Shown piece by piece: positions 24,790 through 28,480 of a DNA stretch of 28,480 nucleotides. The stretch spans positions 1 to 28,480 of the forward strand of contig NW_021833573.1 in assembly GCF_006345805.1 (NCBI RefSeq), read 5' to 3'. Position 1 is the first letter of the stretch. Every line of letters starts with the position of its first letter. A program made the translations under genes and the position numbers. Source of the DNA: Octopus sinensis (taxonomy: Eukaryota). The notes beneath the pieces are model-generated. The model worked only from the letters and a program-made list of their open reading frames with translations, searched no databases and was not told where the DNA came from.

Positions 24790-25175
24790 ACCACGTTTAT
24801 ATATAGACTTCCATGTGTGTGTGTGTGTGTGTGTATATATATTGATGTATAGGTAAATAATAGATAAATAAATAATATACACGCATACATACCACACGCA
24901 CACCTGCTAGTACTTTTTTATATATATATAATATATTATATATAATATATATATTATTATATATTATATATATACATCCACACACAGATATGTGTATGAC
25001 CGTGTGTGTATGTGTGTGTGCATACATATATATGTTTGAATGTATCTGTGTATGTGCATCTATATATCACTGTAAAATATTCTTTGTATATCCAGGCATA
25101 CATACTGCTATTCCCCGCCCCACAAATCTTCCGATGGTTTCGAGGAAAAATTTGATTAGTAATAAAAGTAAAAAC

Positions 25176-25414
25176 TCGGGTTTATACAAATAAACTCTAA
25201 CGCATGTATTGAGTTCGCCATGCTTCCGTTTGCTTCTCGACACCAAACAATGCACACACACCAGACTGACCTACTATTTACCAACATAATGAGTCGCACG
25301 TGCATCACTGGACATGGTTTCCGTGCAGTCGCAATTGTACGCAATTGCGTCGAGAAGCAAACGGAAGTATGGCGAACTCAATACATGCATTAGAGTTTAG
25401 TCGTGTAAACCCGA
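25176..25414. mobile_element. MITE-like element with 66-bp terminal inverted repeats
   Basis: 25176-25241 is the reverse complement of 25349-25414 with 5 mismatches; 107-bp spacer. Confidence 0.8.
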
Positions 25415-26368
25415 ATATATAAATTAACTCGATATATAAATTAAGCTGTCGTTATTAGCAGTTTAACCATGAGCAATCTGTGTCTGCTCCAAAGACGAAC
25501 AGCAGCAGAATTCATTAATTAACCGCAATACATTTATATAAATTCGTCCTGTTATCGTAGAAATTAATTCCATGTTAATTTCTAGACGTTGTTATCTGGG
25601 CACTATTGTGCAGGTTTGAAGTAGAACCGTAAATTACCTTGTCTTTGATATTACGTTAATCACAGCAAAATTCGTTGCGGACAATTTCATAGGCATTATT
25701 ACGTATAAGTCGTATGATATTTAGCTCTTCATAAATAGCCAGCCAACTTTCCATCAGAAGCTTGTTTCGGACTTATCGAATGGTATCAGAACAGGCGGTA
25801 GTTGGGCGTCTGGTTTCATGTTGATGTGTAATAATTACGGAAGTAAATCGGAATTATTAATCGATTGTTAATCAGTATGGCTCGAGCAAATACTTATTTT
25901 AGTACGATGCCTATGATGTAATGGAAGACACATGATTGAGAGTTATTCTTTCTAGCAAAAAGGATTTTAGACAACAACACATGAAATCGACAGCTGCTGT
26001 TCTAAACTAATATTTTACAAATTAGTTATACATATATATTTGTATTTATCCTGGTTGTATTGTTAGAACGCCATGTTGCTACGGTATTTATCTTGAGAGA
26101 TCCTATTATGTAAAAGTATAGTGCTGAGAAGCACAGATATAGCAGACAAAACTCGTCTAGTATGAGTGGCGTAATTGCTAGATCGTGTGATTTCATTGTA
26201 CATGGACTTCGTCAATAGCAGGTGTCCTGGAATCGTCTATACGATATGCTATGATATTTCAAGGAGAATACCGCGGTAATGCCACTTCCGTGGCGAATAT
26301 TAAATTTTTAAAGAGCCTGCCAGTTATTTGAATCGTCAAAAACTAAAAAGTCACTGTTTTGCGATGGA

Positions 26369-26750
26369 AGCACTCCGTCGGTTCCGACGACGAGGGTTCC
26401 GGTTGATCCGATCAACGGAACAGCCTGCTCGTGAAATTAATGTGTAAGTGGCTGAGCACTCCACAGACACGTGTACCCTTAACGTAGTTCTCGGGGATAT
26501 TCAGCATGACACAGAGAGTGACAAGGCCGGCCCTTTGAAATACAGGTACAACAGAAACAGGAAGTAAGAGAGAGAGAAAGTTGTGGTGAAAGAGTACAGC
26601 AGGGATCACCACCATCCCCTGCCGGAGCCTCGTGGAGCTTTTTAGGTGTTTTCGCTCAATAAACACTCACAACGCCCGGTCTGGGAATCGAAACCGCGCT
26701 CTTACGACCGCGAGTCCGCTGCCCTAACCACTGGGCCATTGCGCCTCCAC
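26369..26750 (-). mobile_element. tRNA-derived SINE (body B + tail X)
   Basis: A box TGGCCCAGTGG, B box GGTTTCGATTCC; body shared with 4795-5082, tail shared with 16975-17150. Confidence 0.82.
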
Positions 26751-26944
26751 ACTGTTTTGCGATCTAACGTTCGCAGTAGGATATGGCCGGCATGCGATGA
26801 GTGGACACCTGCCAGAGATGAAGCGCGTGTCCGGTAAAATCAGGTGATCTAGGTATTTTGCAACCCCTGGTAGGTGTCTGTAGTCTCCTAATGATATTTT
26901 TCGTGCTTCTTAACACTATACATCTAAATGAGAGCTGATGAGGA

Positions 26945-27240
26945 TGACGGATTCTTCCGTCGTAGACGGCGCGTGGGCGTTCAGCTTTTGCCGAATGACT
27001 CGCACAAATGATTTGTTTGTAGTGATCAAATGTTCGTGCTTCGCATTACTACCTCAAACTCCCCACCAAAATGATATTGACTGAAAAAGGTGTACAGTGT
27101 ACCTGGCGTTAGGTGTCGAAGTGATCGCAGGGGCAACGCGCGATGAAGTGTTTTGCTCAACAACATAACGCAACACCTCCGGTCTTGAACTAAAATCTCG
27201 CGATCGCGAGTGCAATATCTTGACCACTAAGCTATTCGCC
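26945..27240 (-). mobile_element. Degraded tRNA-derived SINE (body A-like, third tail type)
   Basis: Head GGCGAATAGCTTAGTGGTC and body TTGAGCAAAACACTT on the minus strand. Confidence 0.55.
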
Positions 27241-27272
27241 ATCACAATAATAATAATAATAATAATAATAAT

Positions 27273-27623
27273 ACACGAGCAGAAGTAGTGGGGGAGCATC
27301 ATAGCCGTGTGTTGAGAGGGATTCTTTGGGGTTTGAATAATTCACCTCTGGAAACATGGGTGTTTCGTTCAACATCTTTAAACAACCCTTATTCAGGGAC
27401 CTTTCGAGTGGGATGGGTTACTCGACCTGAAGAAAATTCTAACTGGGCCCCACCTGCAAGGTCATGTGCTGTTTATCTTGATATGAGATCACCATGTCGC
27501 GCACTTATGGTTGTGATGCATGTGCCTGGTGTACCCTTATCAGACAGGTAGTCATGATGGGTATACTGGGCTTCGAATATTTTACCCAGTGTCACTTTGA
27601 TGGCATGTTCTGCTCTCCCATTC
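27273..27623 (+). mobile_element. Probable non-LTR element 3' end inserted in (AAT)n
   Basis: ~350 bp of complex sequence flanked by (AAT)n at 27246-27272 and 27624-27644. No protein motif visible. Confidence 0.45.
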
Positions 27624-28480
27624 AATAATAATAATAATAATAATAGCGTCTGTTTGTACACAGACATACACACAGAAAACCACGCGTGTGCGCGCACACA
27701 CACCAGCGCACACACACATATATATATATATATATTATATATATTATATATATGATATAGCATTTAATATTTTTGCAATAAATATATTTGGCAACATAAT
27801 TTTTTAAGCATTCTAAATTATATATTGTTGTTAAAATTAAAACGTCTGTATTAATTCGAAAAAGTTTCAGTATACATACACACACACACATATATATATA
27901 CATACATATACATACATATATATCTATATATATATATATATATGATGTATGTATGTATGTATGTATGTATGTATGTATGTATATATATATGTCTCTGTGT
28001 GTGAATGTGCATATATTGTCTGAGAGTCTGTGTCAGCGTGTGTAATTTTAATTATATTTTTTTTTAGAAAGGAACAAAAGAAATAATGATTTGAAAACTT
28101 TAAACTTCGAATATTTCCACAAAATAATAATATAAAGCTTCATATTGTGATGAAAATTTCAGACTTTAAATTATTTGGTATTTTTAGAAGTTTCATTAAA
28201 TTCGATAAGATATTTTTTCCATACATATAAACACACACACACATACACACACACACATACACACGCACGCAAACACACACATACAAACACGCACACACAC
28301 ATACATACACACACGCACACACACACACACACACTCGAACGCATATATGCGTATAGGCACACTTATTAATACATACAAACAAAAGGGGATAAAACAACAC
28401 GGAAAAAAACGCACGCAATATGAAAAATAGTGCAATAATTTATTTTAAAATGACAGGTTTCTTGAGCCAGAGTACATGGC

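Noticed and set aside
24376-24903. Poly-E/R/L ORFs
   Set aside because: Produced by the (TTC)n repeat.
26670-26750. tRNA-like sequence as a real tRNA gene
   Set aside because: No proper acceptor stem, and it continues into a SINE body; the same holds for the other A/B-box heads.
26934-26970. CTGATGAG followed by a GACGGA/TCCGTC hairpin, as a possible hammerhead
   Set aside because: No GAAA after the stem and no cleavage triplet or stem I.

Overview
Eukaryotic, microsatellite-rich, non-genic DNA. The repeat families resemble those of a coleoid cephalopod such as Octopus (recognition, not a database match). I recognise no host exon, and nearly all short ORFs in the track are translated simple repeats. 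The main feature is a 5'-truncated, mildly degraded Penelope-like retroelement (~6961-11045, +). It has an upstream ORF1, a U_UUU_UUA heptamer placed for -1 frameshifting into an RT + GIY-YIG ORF2, a 3' array of CCAAT/CRE modules plus TATA, and a terminal hammerhead-like motif. Two more hammerhead motifs occur: one at the tail of a tRNA-headed SINE-like unit (4308-4770, -) and one in another remnant (6821-6855, +). The rest is L1/Tx1 and RTE LINE fragments, a 66-bp-TIR MITE, and many tRNA-derived SINEs with shuffled heads, bodies and tails.
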